Source of the DNA: Candidatus Multivoradales bacterium
GTDB lineage: Bacteria; Acidobacteriota; Thermoanaerobaculia; Multivoradales; JAHEKO01
DNA length: 64,000 bases
Reading direction: 5' to 3'
Assembly (NCBI GenBank): GCA_965212505.1
Contig: OZ243123.1
Span: forward strand, 1,617,903 to 1,681,902
The position numbers and the translations under genes are program-made. The first letter of the stretch is position 1. Each line of letters begins with the position of its first letter. Below the pieces are notes generated by a model. The model had not been told where the DNA came from. It saw only the letters and a program-made list of their open reading frames with translations, and did no database searches. Shown here piece by piece: positions 17,781 to 27,361 of the stretch.

Positions 17781-20693
17781 CTACTCGACGTCCGGAAGCC
17801 GGTAGGCCTTGGCCGTCGGCTTGACCGGTCGGATCAGCCAGCCCGGGCGGCGATTGCCATCGGGTGAATTACCGATCGCCGATCGAGTCTTGGCGAGCCA
17901 CTCGTCGAAGACCTGATTTGAACGGGCGGTATCGACGGCGATCTCACCGTATCGGGCCTCGGGCCCCGCCTTCGAAATTCGCACCGCCTGATGCCAGCAG
18001 TGCATTCCCGAGAGCGGATCGGGGTGAACCGGGAAGGTCATGTTCTGGTGCACTCCGGCGTCCGTCCACCAGACCCGCCGAGTGTCGGGATCATCCGAGT
18101 CGAACGGCTCGACGCCCTTCTTGTGGGTCATCTTCCACCGCGTACCGTCACGATCGAGCCCGACCGTCGCCATGAGCTGTCGTTGGCCTTCGGTCGAACC
18201 GTTGTCAAGCTTCCATCGACCCATGTGATGGCTACAGGCGACAACGCCCGGGCGAATGCCCTCGGTGACCCAGGCCTTGACGATGAAATGACCGATCTCG
18301 GTTTTGACCTGTGTCAGGTCGCCGGTCTTGAGTCCGAGCGGTGCGGCGTCACGGGGATGGATCCAGAGCGGATTCGTATGGGAGATCTCGTCGAGCCATT
18401 TTGCATTGGCCGAGCGCGTGTGAATCTGCGTCGGAATGCGAAAGGTCGAGATCAGGACCATCTGGTCGGCGTCGAGCGCCTGCGGGTGGACGTGGCTCCT
18501 GAGGTAGGTCGGTACCGCCGCGTCTCCCCAGCCCCACGCCGCGAGGGTGGGGGAGTAGAACTCGAGCTTGCCCGAAGGCGTCGGGAAGCCGCGCAACACC
18601 TCGCCGTCGACGCGCACTCCGACCGGACGGCGACCGTCGCCGTCGGGCGCCGGGGCGCCGGTGGGTGCCATGTTGACGGGCGCGGGAGCCGCGGCGCGAG
18701 TGTAGACACGTCCCCGGTCGTCTTCGGCCAGATCTTCGAGCTGATCGTCGGCGACCGGGTGCTCGTAGAGCGCTCCGAGATCGCGGGCGACCTCGAACGC
18801 CCCGTAGCGGCGCATGTACTCGAGCGGTTTCAGCCCCTCTTCGGCCGCCGCCTCGGGCAGCCCAGGAACCGAGTTCTCGAAGATCCACCGGTAGTACTCG
18901 TCGACCGTCAGGCGCTCGCCGGGCCGCTCTTCCGACTCGACGAACTCGCGAATGCCGAGTTCGCCGTCGGGGTCGATACGCCACGAAAGCTCGAGCCAGA
19001 ACTCGTTCTCCTCCCAGACCTCGCCCGGATTGGTGTGCCGTGTATCGCCGACCCGTTCGCCGAGTCGCTCGCGAGCGGTGCGGGTGACCGGCTGGCGGAA
19101 GCCCAGCCACTGCGCGTCGTGGGTCTCGTAGGAGTGCAGATCGTGGCGCTCGGCACCATTGCCCATGGGCAACACGTAGTCGGCGAAGTAGGCGGTCTCG
19201 TTCCAAGTCGGCGTCAGCGCGATATGCAGTCCGACCTTCGACTCGTCGGTCAGCATTTCGATCCACGAGAAGCCGTCCGGGTTTGTCCACACCGGGTTGT
19301 AGACCCGGGTGAAGTAGACGTCGAGCTTGCCTCGTCCCTCGCGCACCATGTGGGGCAGCAGGAACGACAGCTCGTACATCGAGAGCGGGTACTCGATCGG
19401 CCAGTTGAGGTCGTTCCAGTGGTCGGGGTGGCGCGGCAGCTTGATCGGCCGCGGGACGAACTTGTTCCAGGCGTTCGGGTAGGTTCCGCCCGGTGTGGCG
19501 ATCGCGCCCATGAGCGCATTCAGCAGGAAGAGGGTGCGCGCCACCTGCCAGCCGCCCTCGTTGCCCGCCGCGGCGCTGCGCCAGTTGTGAGTGGAGAGCT
19601 GGGTTCCGGCGGTCGAAACGGTCTCCGCCACCCGCTCGAGGGTCTCGGCGTCGATCCCCGACTCGGCGGCCGCGAATTCGAACGTGTAGTCCTCGTACTC
19701 GGCCTCGAGCATGCGCTCGAAGCTCTCGAAGGCGACGTCGAGGCCGGGGTGTACCTCCTCGAGGTACTCCTGCCAGTTCCACCAGCGCTCCACAAACTCA
19801 CGGTTGTAGAGGCGCTTGCGGATCAGGTAGCTGGCGATGGCCAGGTGGATGGCCGCCTCCGATCCCGGTTGGGGAGCGAGCCAGAAGTCGGCGTGCGTTG
19901 CGGTGTTCGAAAGGCGCGTGTCGAGCACGATCAGCTTGGCGCCGTTCTGCTTCGCCTCCATGATCCGTTGGGCGTGCGGATTGAAGTAGTGGCCGGTCTC
20001 GAGGTGAGAGCTGACCAAGAACATCACCTTGGCGCGCCCGTGATCGGGGCTCGGCCGGTCGATGCCGCACCAGAGTTCGTAGCCGGCCCGGGCTCCCGCC
20101 GAGCAGATGTTGGTGTGCGAGTTGTGTCCGTCGACCCCCCAGGCGGCCAACACGCGTTCGGTGAATCCGTCTTCCCCCGGGCGACCGACGTGGTACATCA
20201 CCTCCTTGTGGCGGTCCTCCTGCATCGCGGTCCGAATGCGATCGGCGATGTCGTCGAGCGCCTCGTCCCAGCCCACCTGAACCCATCTGCCTTCACCGCG
20301 CTCGCCGGCGCGCTTGAGCGGGTGGAGGATGCGGTCGGGGTCGGTCACCTGGTTCAGGGTCGCGGGACCCTTGGCGCAGTTGCGCCCGCGCGAACCCGGG
20401 TGCTCCGGATTGCCCTCGAACTTGCGCAACTCAAGGGTCTCCTTGTCGACGTAGGCGAGCAGCCCGCAGGCCGACTCGCAGTTGAAGCAGGTCGTCGGCA
20501 CCAGCATGTAGCGCTTCTCGACGCGCTTCGGCCAGGCTTTGGAGTCGAGCTCGACCCAGTCGTCCCATCGCTCCTTGGGTGGGAAGGAGGCCAGGTGAAT
20601 GCGACTCGGGCCCGGGTAGAACGTCTCGCCCCGCGCTTCGGTCGCGGAGCGGGCGGCGCTCAGCAGTTCGTTCAGTTTGCGTGTGTCGGTCAT
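17781..20693 (-). CDS. DMSO-reductase-family bis-MGD molybdopterin oxidoreductase, catalytic subunit
   Basis: TCFNCESACG...NCAKG 4Fe-4S motif, DPDRILHPLKR, NICS, PTPSGKLEFYS, IHPRDA; ATG 20693. Confidence 0.93.
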   Translation of the reverse strand: MTDTRKLNELLSAARSATEARGETFYPGPSRIHLASFPPKERWDDWVELDSKAWPKRVEKRYMLVPTTCFNCESACGLLAYVDKETLELRKFEGNPEHPGSRGRNCAKGPATLNQVTDPDRILHPLKRAGERGEGRWVQVGWDEALDDIADRIRTAMQEDRHKEVMYHVGRPGEDGFTERVLAAWGVDGHNSHTNICSAGARAGYELWCGIDRPSPDHGRAKVMFLVSSHLETGHYFNPHAQRIMEAKQNGAKLIVLDTRLSNTATHADFWLAPQPGSEAAIHLAIASYLIRKRLYNREFVERWWNWQEYLEEVHPGLDVAFESFERMLEAEYEDYTFEFAAAESGIDAETLERVAETVSTAGTQLSTHNWRSAAAGNEGGWQVARTLFLLNALMGAIATPGGTYPNAWNKFVPRPIKLPRHPDHWNDLNWPIEYPLSMYELSFLLPHMVREGRGKLDVYFTRVYNPVWTNPDGFSWIEMLTDESKVGLHIALTPTWNETAYFADYVLPMGNGAERHDLHSYETHDAQWLGFRQPVTRTARERLGERVGDTRHTNPGEVWEENEFWLELSWRIDPDGELGIREFVESEERPGERLTVDEYYRWIFENSVPGLPEAAAEEGLKPLEYMRRYGAFEVARDLGALYEHPVADDQLEDLAEDDRGRVYTRAAAPAPVNMAPTGAPAPDGDGRRPVGVRVDGEVLRGFPTPSGKLEFYSPTLAAWGWGDAAVPTYLRSHVHPQALDADQMVLISTFRIPTQIHTRSANAKWLDEISHTNPLWIHPRDAAPLGLKTGDLTQVKTEIGHFIVKAWVTEGIRPGVVACSHHMGRWKLDNGSTEGQRQLMATVGLDRDGTRWKMTHKKGVEPFDSDDPDTRRVWWTDAGVHQNMTFPVHPDPLSGMHCWHQAVRISKAGPEARYGEIAVDTARSNQVFDEWLAKTRSAIGNSPDGNRRPGWLIRPVKPTAKAYRLPDVE

Positions 20694-20703
20694 CGTCGAT
20701 CGC

Positions 20704-22254
20704 TCAGGCGAGGGGCACAGATTGGCCGGATTGGACGTAAGCGTGCTCGAAGGCGAAGAGCCCGGCGAGGGTGGCGACGACCGCGACCTGCGAGCCGGTC
20801 CAGAGTGCAAGCGCACCAACTGCGGAGAGCACGATGCCTCCCCAGAACCAGGCGCGGAAGCGACCGTGGGTCATCTCTGCTGCCGCGAGTCGTGCGTGCG
20901 CGGTCGAGTGGGTCAGGGTCAGCTCGCCGACGATCAGCGTCAGGTGCAGCAGGTTCAGGCCGCCGACGAGGTAGAAGAACGTGTTGGCGCTCTGAGGCTC
21001 GATGTACTCGACGATCGGTAGACAGACCGCAGCGCCGGCGAGCGCCGCCTGCACCGCGAGGTGCGGTGGCAGGAGCGGGTTCTGCCAGAGGTCACGCGCT
21101 TTGGCCTGAGCGAAGAGGTAGGCGGTGTAGACCGCCGTCAGAAGCGCCAGTATCGAGCCGATCGGCGCGAGATAGGAGATCGCATGGTCTAGGCGCCAGA
21201 GCCTCCCCAGCGCCAGGTGGGCGACAAGTGCCAGCCCGTAGGCAGCGATGATGAAGGCCCCGCGAACGAGCCAGCTACGCCACTGCGGCCGGGTGAAGAT
21301 CATGTAGAAGCGGGTCGGCTGCTCAAGATCCCAGATCAGAAGCGCGCCTGTGATGCCGAGGAAGACGAGGGCGACCAGCGGAGCGATCCAGGCCAGCAGC
21401 GAGATGCCTCCCGCCACGCCGAAGAGCGCCGCCAGAGCCGGCACCAGGTAGGCCCCCGCGGCAATGCCCTTGGTCAGGGTATAGAGACTCACCTTCCAGT
21501 CCCAGGGCGCCTGGTGCGGCACGTCGTACGACAGCATCGCCGCCGCAGCGCTGTTGCCGCTGCCTTCGGGGAGGCCGAGACCCGAGTGCCCCGAGACGAC
21601 GTGGTGCCCACCGGTGGTCTGCTGGCTCCACATGAAGAGGTCGCCCTCGGGCCGTCGAGCGGCGAGCGGGTCGAGGGTGGCCTGGTGCGCTCCGCGATAG
21701 AAGAGCTTGGGCGCGGTCTCCTTCTCTGGGCGGCGAACCGTGACCGGTTCGCGATTCACCATCTGTGCCACCCGGGTGGTGGGGTCGTTGAGATCACCGA
21801 CCATGATCGCCTCGGTTGGGCACACGACCACGCATGCCGGCTCGAGGTCGACGTCGATCCGATGTGCACAGAAGTTGCACTTCTCGGCCGAGTGATCTTC
21901 GGGGTTGATGAAGATCGCGTCGTAGGGGCACGCGGCAATGCACGCCTTACAGCCGATGCAGATCGACTTGTCGAAGTCGACGATGCCGTCGGGCCGCTGG
22001 AACATGGCCGATGTCGGGCACGCCTCGGCGCACGGCGGATCCGCACACTGGTTGCAGCGAGTGACCTGGAACGCGCGGCGTGCTTCCGGGAACTCGCCGA
22101 CGTCGACGTACTTCACGTAGGTGCGGTTGACCGAGAGCGGTACTTCGTTCTCGGACTTGCACGCCGTCGAACAGGCATGGCAGCCGATGCAGACCTCATG
22201 GTCGACAACCTTCGCCCAGCGTGGCGTCTTCTCTGACTCGATCGGTTCGATCAT
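20704..22254 (-). CDS. 4Fe-4S electron-transfer subunit fused to NrfD/PsrC-type membrane anchor
   Basis: CIGCHACSTAC, CNQCADPPC...CP, CIGCKACIAACP, KCNFC...PACVVVCP, then multi-TM region with DLEQPTRF...SWLVRG. Confidence 0.9.
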   Translation of the reverse strand: MIEPIESEKTPRWAKVVDHEVCIGCHACSTACKSENEVPLSVNRTYVKYVDVGEFPEARRAFQVTRCNQCADPPCAEACPTSAMFQRPDGIVDFDKSICIGCKACIAACPYDAIFINPEDHSAEKCNFCAHRIDVDLEPACVVVCPTEAIMVGDLNDPTTRVAQMVNREPVTVRRPEKETAPKLFYRGAHQATLDPLAARRPEGDLFMWSQQTTGGHHVVSGHSGLGLPEGSGNSAAAAMLSYDVPHQAPWDWKVSLYTLTKGIAAGAYLVPALAALFGVAGGISLLAWIAPLVALVFLGITGALLIWDLEQPTRFYMIFTRPQWRSWLVRGAFIIAAYGLALVAHLALGRLWRLDHAISYLAPIGSILALLTAVYTAYLFAQAKARDLWQNPLLPPHLAVQAALAGAAVCLPIVEYIEPQSANTFFYLVGGLNLLHLTLIVGELTLTHSTAHARLAAAEMTHGRFRAWFWGGIVLSAVGALALWTGSQVAVVATLAGLFAFEHAYVQSGQSVPLA

Positions 22255-22258
22255 GTCC

Positions 22259-23695
22259 TCAGCCGGTGGTGGTTGCGGAAGCACGGGCCTTGCTCAGGGC
22301 GCGAGCCACCAGGTCGTTGACGTAGACCACGTCGCGGCCGAGCCGCTCGAGCATGGCCGAAGCGACCGCGGCGCGGATGCCGCTGGCGCAGTGGACGAGC
22401 AGTTTCTTGCCCTCGTCGATTTCGCCCGCGCGTGCGAGCAGACGGGTGTGGGCGATGTTCTGGGCGCCGTCCAGATGTCCGGCGTCGAACTCCACCTGCC
22501 GGCGCACATCGAGAATGTGGTTGTCCCCATGGCCGGCGAGTTCGAAAACGCGACCGAAGTCGGCGACCTCAGTCGAGACGAGCGGCACCGTAGCCGCCGC
22601 TTGCTGCAGGGTCGCCGGAGTCGCGTAGCCGGCGATGTCGTCGAGTCCGATGCGCACGAGGTCGCGTACCGCTTCGTCGACACCAGCGGCCTCGACGATC
22701 AGGTAGATGGGGGTGCCGGGCTCGACGTAGCAGCCCGCGACGGTCGGGAAGGTCTTGTCGAGTGGCGCGTAGAGAGCGGCGGGCAGGTGTCCGGCCATGA
22801 ACGCCAGCTTGTCGGTGCGGGTGTCGATCACGGCGACGTCCGTCCGACCGGCGAGTGCTGCAAGTGCCGCGGCGTCGATCTCCGCAGGTGCGGGGAGGCC
22901 GCCGAGGACCGCTTGTCCGTCACGGTTCTCTTGTTTCATCCGGCCGAAGTAGAGCGGTGGCTCCGGTTGGCCGTCGAGGATGGCCGCGACAAACGCGTCT
23001 TCGCCTTCGGCTGCAGCGCCGATCGAGGCGTTGAATCGGCGTTCGTAGCCGACGGTCGAGTCGGGAACCGCGCCGAGAGCCTTGCCGCAGGCGCTGCCGG
23101 CGCCGTGACCGGGCCAGACCTGGAGGTAGTCCGGCAGTTCGAGGAACTTCTGTACCGAGTGGTAGAGCGTACGAGCCGAGGGTTCCATCGCGCCGACGGT
23201 GCCGGCGGCCGACTCGAGCAGGTCGGGGCGGCCGAGGTCGGCCACGAAGACGAAGTCACCGCTTGCGACACCCATGGGTTCGTCAGCGCCGGCGCCGCGG
23301 TCGGTCACCATGAAGCTCATGTGCTCGGGGGTGTGCCCCGGAGTGTGCACCGCCTTCAGTTCGATGTTGCCGATCGAGAAGGTGTCACCGTCCTTGAGTA
23401 GCTGCAGGTCGTAGCGCGAGGTGTCCGCCCAACCGTAGAGCCAATCGGGACCGCCCTCGTCGGAGAGGTAGACGCGTACGCCGGCCTCGGCGAACTCCCG
23501 GATCCCGGAGAGGAAGTCGGCGTGAATGTGCGTCTCGGTCGCTGCGACCAGTCGCAGCCCCTCCGAGGCCGCGATGTCTCGGTAGCGGTCGATGTCTCGT
23601 TGGGGATCGATGACGAGTGCCTCGCCGGTCTTCTGGCAGCCGATCAGATAGGCGTACTGCGCGAGCTTGGGCTCGAATACCTGTCGAAAGAACAT
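22259..23695 (-). CDS. MBL-fold persulfide dioxygenase fused to rhodanese domains (CstB/Blh-like)
   Basis: ETHIHADFLSG, TPGHTPEH, PGHGAGSACGK, rhodanese HCASGIRA. Confidence 0.88.
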   Translation of the reverse strand: MFFRQVFEPKLAQYAYLIGCQKTGEALVIDPQRDIDRYRDIAASEGLRLVAATETHIHADFLSGIREFAEAGVRVYLSDEGGPDWLYGWADTSRYDLQLLKDGDTFSIGNIELKAVHTPGHTPEHMSFMVTDRGAGADEPMGVASGDFVFVADLGRPDLLESAAGTVGAMEPSARTLYHSVQKFLELPDYLQVWPGHGAGSACGKALGAVPDSTVGYERRFNASIGAAAEGEDAFVAAILDGQPEPPLYFGRMKQENRDGQAVLGGLPAPAEIDAAALAALAGRTDVAVIDTRTDKLAFMAGHLPAALYAPLDKTFPTVAGCYVEPGTPIYLIVEAAGVDEAVRDLVRIGLDDIAGYATPATLQQAAATVPLVSTEVADFGRVFELAGHGDNHILDVRRQVEFDAGHLDGAQNIAHTRLLARAGEIDEGKKLLVHCASGIRAAVASAMLERLGRDVVYVNDLVARALSKARASATTTG

Positions 23696-23726
23696 TTAGT
23701 GGAGTCTCCTTTGAGATCGCTCCGGA

Positions 23727-24194
23727 CTAGTGGGGAAGTCGGTCTCTGAGATTGCCGTAGAGCCAGGTCCCGACGAGAGCTCCGGCGAAGGTCATCAACA
23801 TAACGGTCAGGCCGGAGCCGACGAGCGCGAAGAGCGGCCCCGGACAGGCCCCGGTGAGACCCCAACCGAGCCCGAAGATGGCGCCGCCTACTGGATAGCG
23901 GACCTTCGCCATCTCCTTCGGCGCCAGCGAGACGGGGGCTCCGGTCAGCGAGCGCGCTTCGAAGCGGCGCATCAGGTAGACCGAGATCATGCCCACCGCG
24001 ACCGCCGAGCCGAGGACGCCATACATGTGGAAGCTCTGAAAGCGGAACATCTCCTGGATGCGGAACCAGGAGATCACTTCGGCCTTGGTGAGCAGAATGC
24101 CGAACCCGGCGCCTACGGCGAGGTGCACGAGCCAAGTCAGTTGACGCGCTTCGTCGCGCGCCGTGGGACGGGTCGAGATCGTGTCGGCTTGCAT
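23727..24194 (-). CDS. YeeE/YedE-family sulfur transport membrane protein (second half)
   Basis: GGAIFGLGWGLTGACPGP motif, hydrophobic. Confidence 0.88.
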   Translation of the reverse strand: MQADTISTRPTARDEARQLTWLVHLAVGAGFGILLTKAEVISWFRIQEMFRFQSFHMYGVLGSAVAVGMISVYLMRRFEARSLTGAPVSLAPKEMAKVRYPVGGAIFGLGWGLTGACPGPLFALVGSGLTVMLMTFAGALVGTWLYGNLRDRLPH

Positions 24195-24203
24195 GGACCC
24201 CTC

Positions 24204-24764
24204 CTAGAAGATCAGTGGCAGCAGCAGGTGGGTGGCCGTGAGGCCGCCGGCGAAGAAGCCGAGGACCGCGATGAGCGAGGGGACTTGAAGGTTCGACAGC
24301 CCCGTGATCGCGTGGCCGGACGTGCAGCCGCCGGCCCAACGGGTGCCGAAGCCGATCAGCACACCGCCGACGACGATGGAAATCAAGCTCGGGACGCTCG
24401 CCAGCTTGGACCAGCTGAAAATCTCGACGGGAGCGAGACCGGAGAAGTCGGTGATGCCGAGCGCCGCGAGATCCGCCCGCGTCGCTTCAGAGATCGCGAT
24501 CGGTTCCGGGTCCTTCAAGAGGGTGGCGGCGATGAAGCCGCCAAGGAGGATGCCGAGGACAAAGGCGAGGTTCCAGCCGCCCTGCTTTCGCCAGTCGTAG
24601 TTGAAGTAGCTCGCCTTTCCCGGGGCGATCGCCGTACACATGTGCCGGAAGCTCGACGACACGCCGAACGACCGGTTGTCGAGCAACAAGAGCAGTGGAA
24701 CCATCAGGCCGATCAACGGACCTGCGACGTACCAGGGCCAGGGGCCCGAGAGCGTTTCGAGCAA
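24204..24764 (-). CDS. YeeE/YedE-family sulfur transport membrane protein (first half)
   Basis: WPWYVAG, GFGTRWAGGCTSGH motif; TTG start after AAGGAGG. Confidence 0.88.
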   Translation of the reverse strand: MLETLSGPWPWYVAGPLIGLMVPLLLLLDNRSFGVSSSFRHMCTAIAPGKASYFNYDWRKQGGWNLAFVLGILLGGFIAATLLKDPEPIAISEATRADLAALGITDFSGLAPVEIFSWSKLASVPSLISIVVGGVLIGFGTRWAGGCTSGHAITGLSNLQVPSLIAVLGFFAGGLTATHLLLPLIF

Positions 24765-24771
24765 GGTGGGT

Positions 24772-24930
24772 CTCCTCCTTCCGAATCGCTCCCGAGTCTA
24801 CCTTCAAGCTCGGGTGAGGTCTCCCACCCCGCGGGACCGTTGTTTCGGGACGCAGTGAGGCCAGCGGTTGTCGCCTGCTCGGCGTCGGCTCCCCTCGCTG
24901 GACGCCCCTCGGGAGGCGTTTTCGGAGATC
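24772..24930 (-). promoter_or_regulatory. Candidate structured 5' leader (Moco-RNA-like) of the sulfur/molybdoenzyme operon
   Basis: TCCGAA...TTCGGA closing stem next to the RBS, several internal hairpins, a GAGA tetraloop; no model search done. Confidence 0.25.
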
Positions 24931-25067
24931 CGATGACGCGTCTCGACGCGTCGACTTGCGACGACAGGACGAAGACTCGGGCCGCTCTCGACCACACCAG
25001 CAACGACGACGTTCTGTGGGCCGAGGGCTTCGATCCGCTCAACCGACAGGGCAGTGGAGCTCGACCG

Positions 25068-26792
25068 TCAGTCGAGTGGAGGGTGGTGGAGGTGGAAGTC
25101 GGTCTGGCGTTGGTACGCGTCGGCGACCGCGAGCAGCTCGCTCTCTCCCCACAGCCGCCCGGTGAAGGTGATGCTCGTCGGAGTGCCGTCCGCCGAGCGG
25201 AAGCCGTTGGGCAGGACAACCTGCGGGTGTCCCGTGAGGTTGGTCAGGAGCAGGTTGGAGCCCCCGAAACTCGGACTCACGTAGAGGTCGATGTCTTTCA
25301 TGAGCCCGGCCATGTCGCGTTGCACCAGGGTGCGAACACGGTTGGCGCGGATGTACTCGACCGCGGGCACCATCTGACCGACGCGGAAGAAGTTGGGCCA
25401 CGAGAACTCGACCTGACGGACCAGCGAGTCGTCGCGACCGTCGCGGGTGAGTTCGTCGAAGGCCGCCGCCGCTTCGGCCCAGAGGATCAGCCCCAACGAG
25501 TCGAGGGGGTAGCGGTCGGGGAGCTCGATCGGCACGAGGGTGAGGCCGAGCTCGCGCAGCGCTTCGAGCGTCGCTCGATCGAACTCGCTCCACTCCTTTA
25601 GGCTCGCCTGCGTCGCTTCGTCGTCGACGCCTTCCGTGCGGTCGCGCTCGAACTCGGAAGCGACGTAGCCGATCTTGAGGTGCTCCAACGGCTTGCGGGC
25701 GGGCCAGTCGAACGGCCGATCGACAGAGGTCGGGTCGCGCTCGTCGGCGCCGTGGACTGCGCGGAAGACCTCGCCACAGTCGGCAGCCGAACGGCAGATC
25801 GGACCGATCTTGTCCATGCTCCACGACAGCGCCATGGTGCCGTGTCGACTGACGCGCCCGAAGGTCGGACGCAGTCCGGTGGTGCCGCAACGGGTCGACG
25901 GCGAGACGATGCTGCCCCAGGTCTCGGTGCCGATGGAGAAGCCGACCAGGCCGGCCGCCGTCGCGGAAGCGGAGCCGGCGGAGGAGCCGCTCGAGCCCTG
26001 CTCCAAATTCCAGGGGTTCTTGGTCGTCGCGTCGAACCAGACATCGCCCCAGGCCAAGGCGCCGACGGAGGTCTTGGCGACCAGGACCGCCCCGGCGTCT
26101 TCGAGCCTCTCGACCACCGCCGATCGATCGCTACGGACCTGTTCGCGAAAGGGCGTCGCGCCCCAGGTCGTTCGGTACCCGGGGACCGCCAGGATGTCCT
26201 TGGCGCCCCATGGTATGCCGTGGAGCGATCCTCGGTCGCGCCCTGAGGCGAGCTCGCGGTCGGCGCGCTCCGCCTGTTCCAGGGCCATCTCGTCAGTTCG
26301 CGAGATCACGCACCGAAGCTGCGGGTCGAGGCGCTCGATCCGATCGAGGTAGTGGCGGGTGAGCTGAACACTCGTCGCTTCGCCGGAGCGTAGCCGCGCG
26401 CCGAGATCGGCGAGGCTCGCGTATTCGAGCCGAGCCGAACGAACCGTGGGCGGCGCGGTCGACGGTGGCGCCGGCGGCTCGTTGCGCTCGTCGTTCGAGA
26501 GGCGATCCGCAGGATCGGCGTCGAAACGGAACGCAGGCGGCACCGAGTTGTCGATCTCGACCGATCGAAGCTCTGTCAGGTCGGTCACCAGGTCGTCGAG
26601 CTGACCGAGCATCAGCTGCCGCTTCTCGTCGGTCAGCTCGAGGCCGGCGATCCACTCGGCCTGACGGATCATCGCCGGCGTGATCTTCCCGTGCCCCTCG
26701 GCCAGGGCGACGAGCGAACGGCCGAAGACGCCTCCCGCACCTGCCGCCGCGAGGGCCTGGAGGAGGCGTCGCCGGGAGCGATCGAGGGCCAT
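25068..26792 (-). CDS. Amidase-signature family enzyme with Tat signal
   Basis: SRRRLLQ twin-arginine, HGIPWGAKD, GSSGSSAGS, IGTETWGSI. Confidence 0.9.
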   Translation of the reverse strand: MALDRSRRRLLQALAAAGAGGVFGRSLVALAEGHGKITPAMIRQAEWIAGLELTDEKRQLMLGQLDDLVTDLTELRSVEIDNSVPPAFRFDADPADRLSNDERNEPPAPPSTAPPTVRSARLEYASLADLGARLRSGEATSVQLTRHYLDRIERLDPQLRCVISRTDEMALEQAERADRELASGRDRGSLHGIPWGAKDILAVPGYRTTWGATPFREQVRSDRSAVVERLEDAGAVLVAKTSVGALAWGDVWFDATTKNPWNLEQGSSGSSAGSASATAAGLVGFSIGTETWGSIVSPSTRCGTTGLRPTFGRVSRHGTMALSWSMDKIGPICRSAADCGEVFRAVHGADERDPTSVDRPFDWPARKPLEHLKIGYVASEFERDRTEGVDDEATQASLKEWSEFDRATLEALRELGLTLVPIELPDRYPLDSLGLILWAEAAAAFDELTRDGRDDSLVRQVEFSWPNFFRVGQMVPAVEYIRANRVRTLVQRDMAGLMKDIDLYVSPSFGGSNLLLTNLTGHPQVVLPNGFRSADGTPTSITFTGRLWGESELLAVADAYQRQTDFHLHHPPLD

Positions 26793-26794
26793 GC

Positions 26795-27340
26795 CTAGGG
26801 TCCGTCGATCGCGGCTTCCGCGCCCGACGACGGCGCGAAGCCGGGGACCCAGACCTCGTGCAGATGGAGCCATTCGAGGCCGTTCGGCGCCTGGGCATTG
26901 GTTCCGAAGAGCACCGAGCTGAGCCGGCCGACGCGCCCGCTGGGCAGGTCGTGCCACTCGACGTAGGTGGCCAGAGCCAGACCGTCGCCGGTCTGGTGGA
27001 GCCGGTAACCGTCGATCGAAATGCGGCCGGCAGCCCCCTGCCAGCGCCCGTGGGCGCCGCGCAACGCCTCGATGATCGGCTGGCGCTCGATCAGCTCACC
27101 GTCGGGGTCGATGATCACGAAACTCGGCGCGATGACCTGGTCGAATCGCTTGAACGCCTCTGGCGTGTTCGGCAGCTCGGCGTTCGACCACTCCTCAATC
27201 CACTGATGGAGCTCGACGATTTCCGCCTCGCAGCGCTCGGTCAGGGGGCGCTCGTCTTCGGCGGCCGCCTGCGGCTCGGCGCACGAAGCCAAGATGAGCG
27301 TGGCGATGGCCACGGCCGGAGCGACTCGAATTGAACGCAC
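26795..27340 (-). CDS. NTF2/SnoaL-like (DUF4440-like) lipoprotein
   Basis: Lipobox LASC, EIVELHQWIEEW, terminal WLHLHEVW; start uncertain. Confidence 0.7.
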   Translation of the reverse strand: MRSIRVAPAVAIATLILASCAEPQAAAEDERPLTERCEAEIVELHQWIEEWSNAELPNTPEAFKRFDQVIAPSFVIIDPDGELIERQPIIEALRGAHGRWQGAAGRISIDGYRLHQTGDGLALATYVEWHDLPSGRVGRLSSVLFGTNAQAPNGLEWLHLHEVWVPGFAPSSGAEAAIDGP

Positions 27341-27361
27341 GACGCGGTATCTTCTCACAAG

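Noticed and set aside
17991-21251. 1086-aa plus-strand ORF and other long antisense ORFs (e.g. 23730-25601, 5075-6391, 44312-45598)
   Set aside because: Shadow frames of well-supported genes on the opposite strand; expected in high-GC DNA and without recognisable motifs
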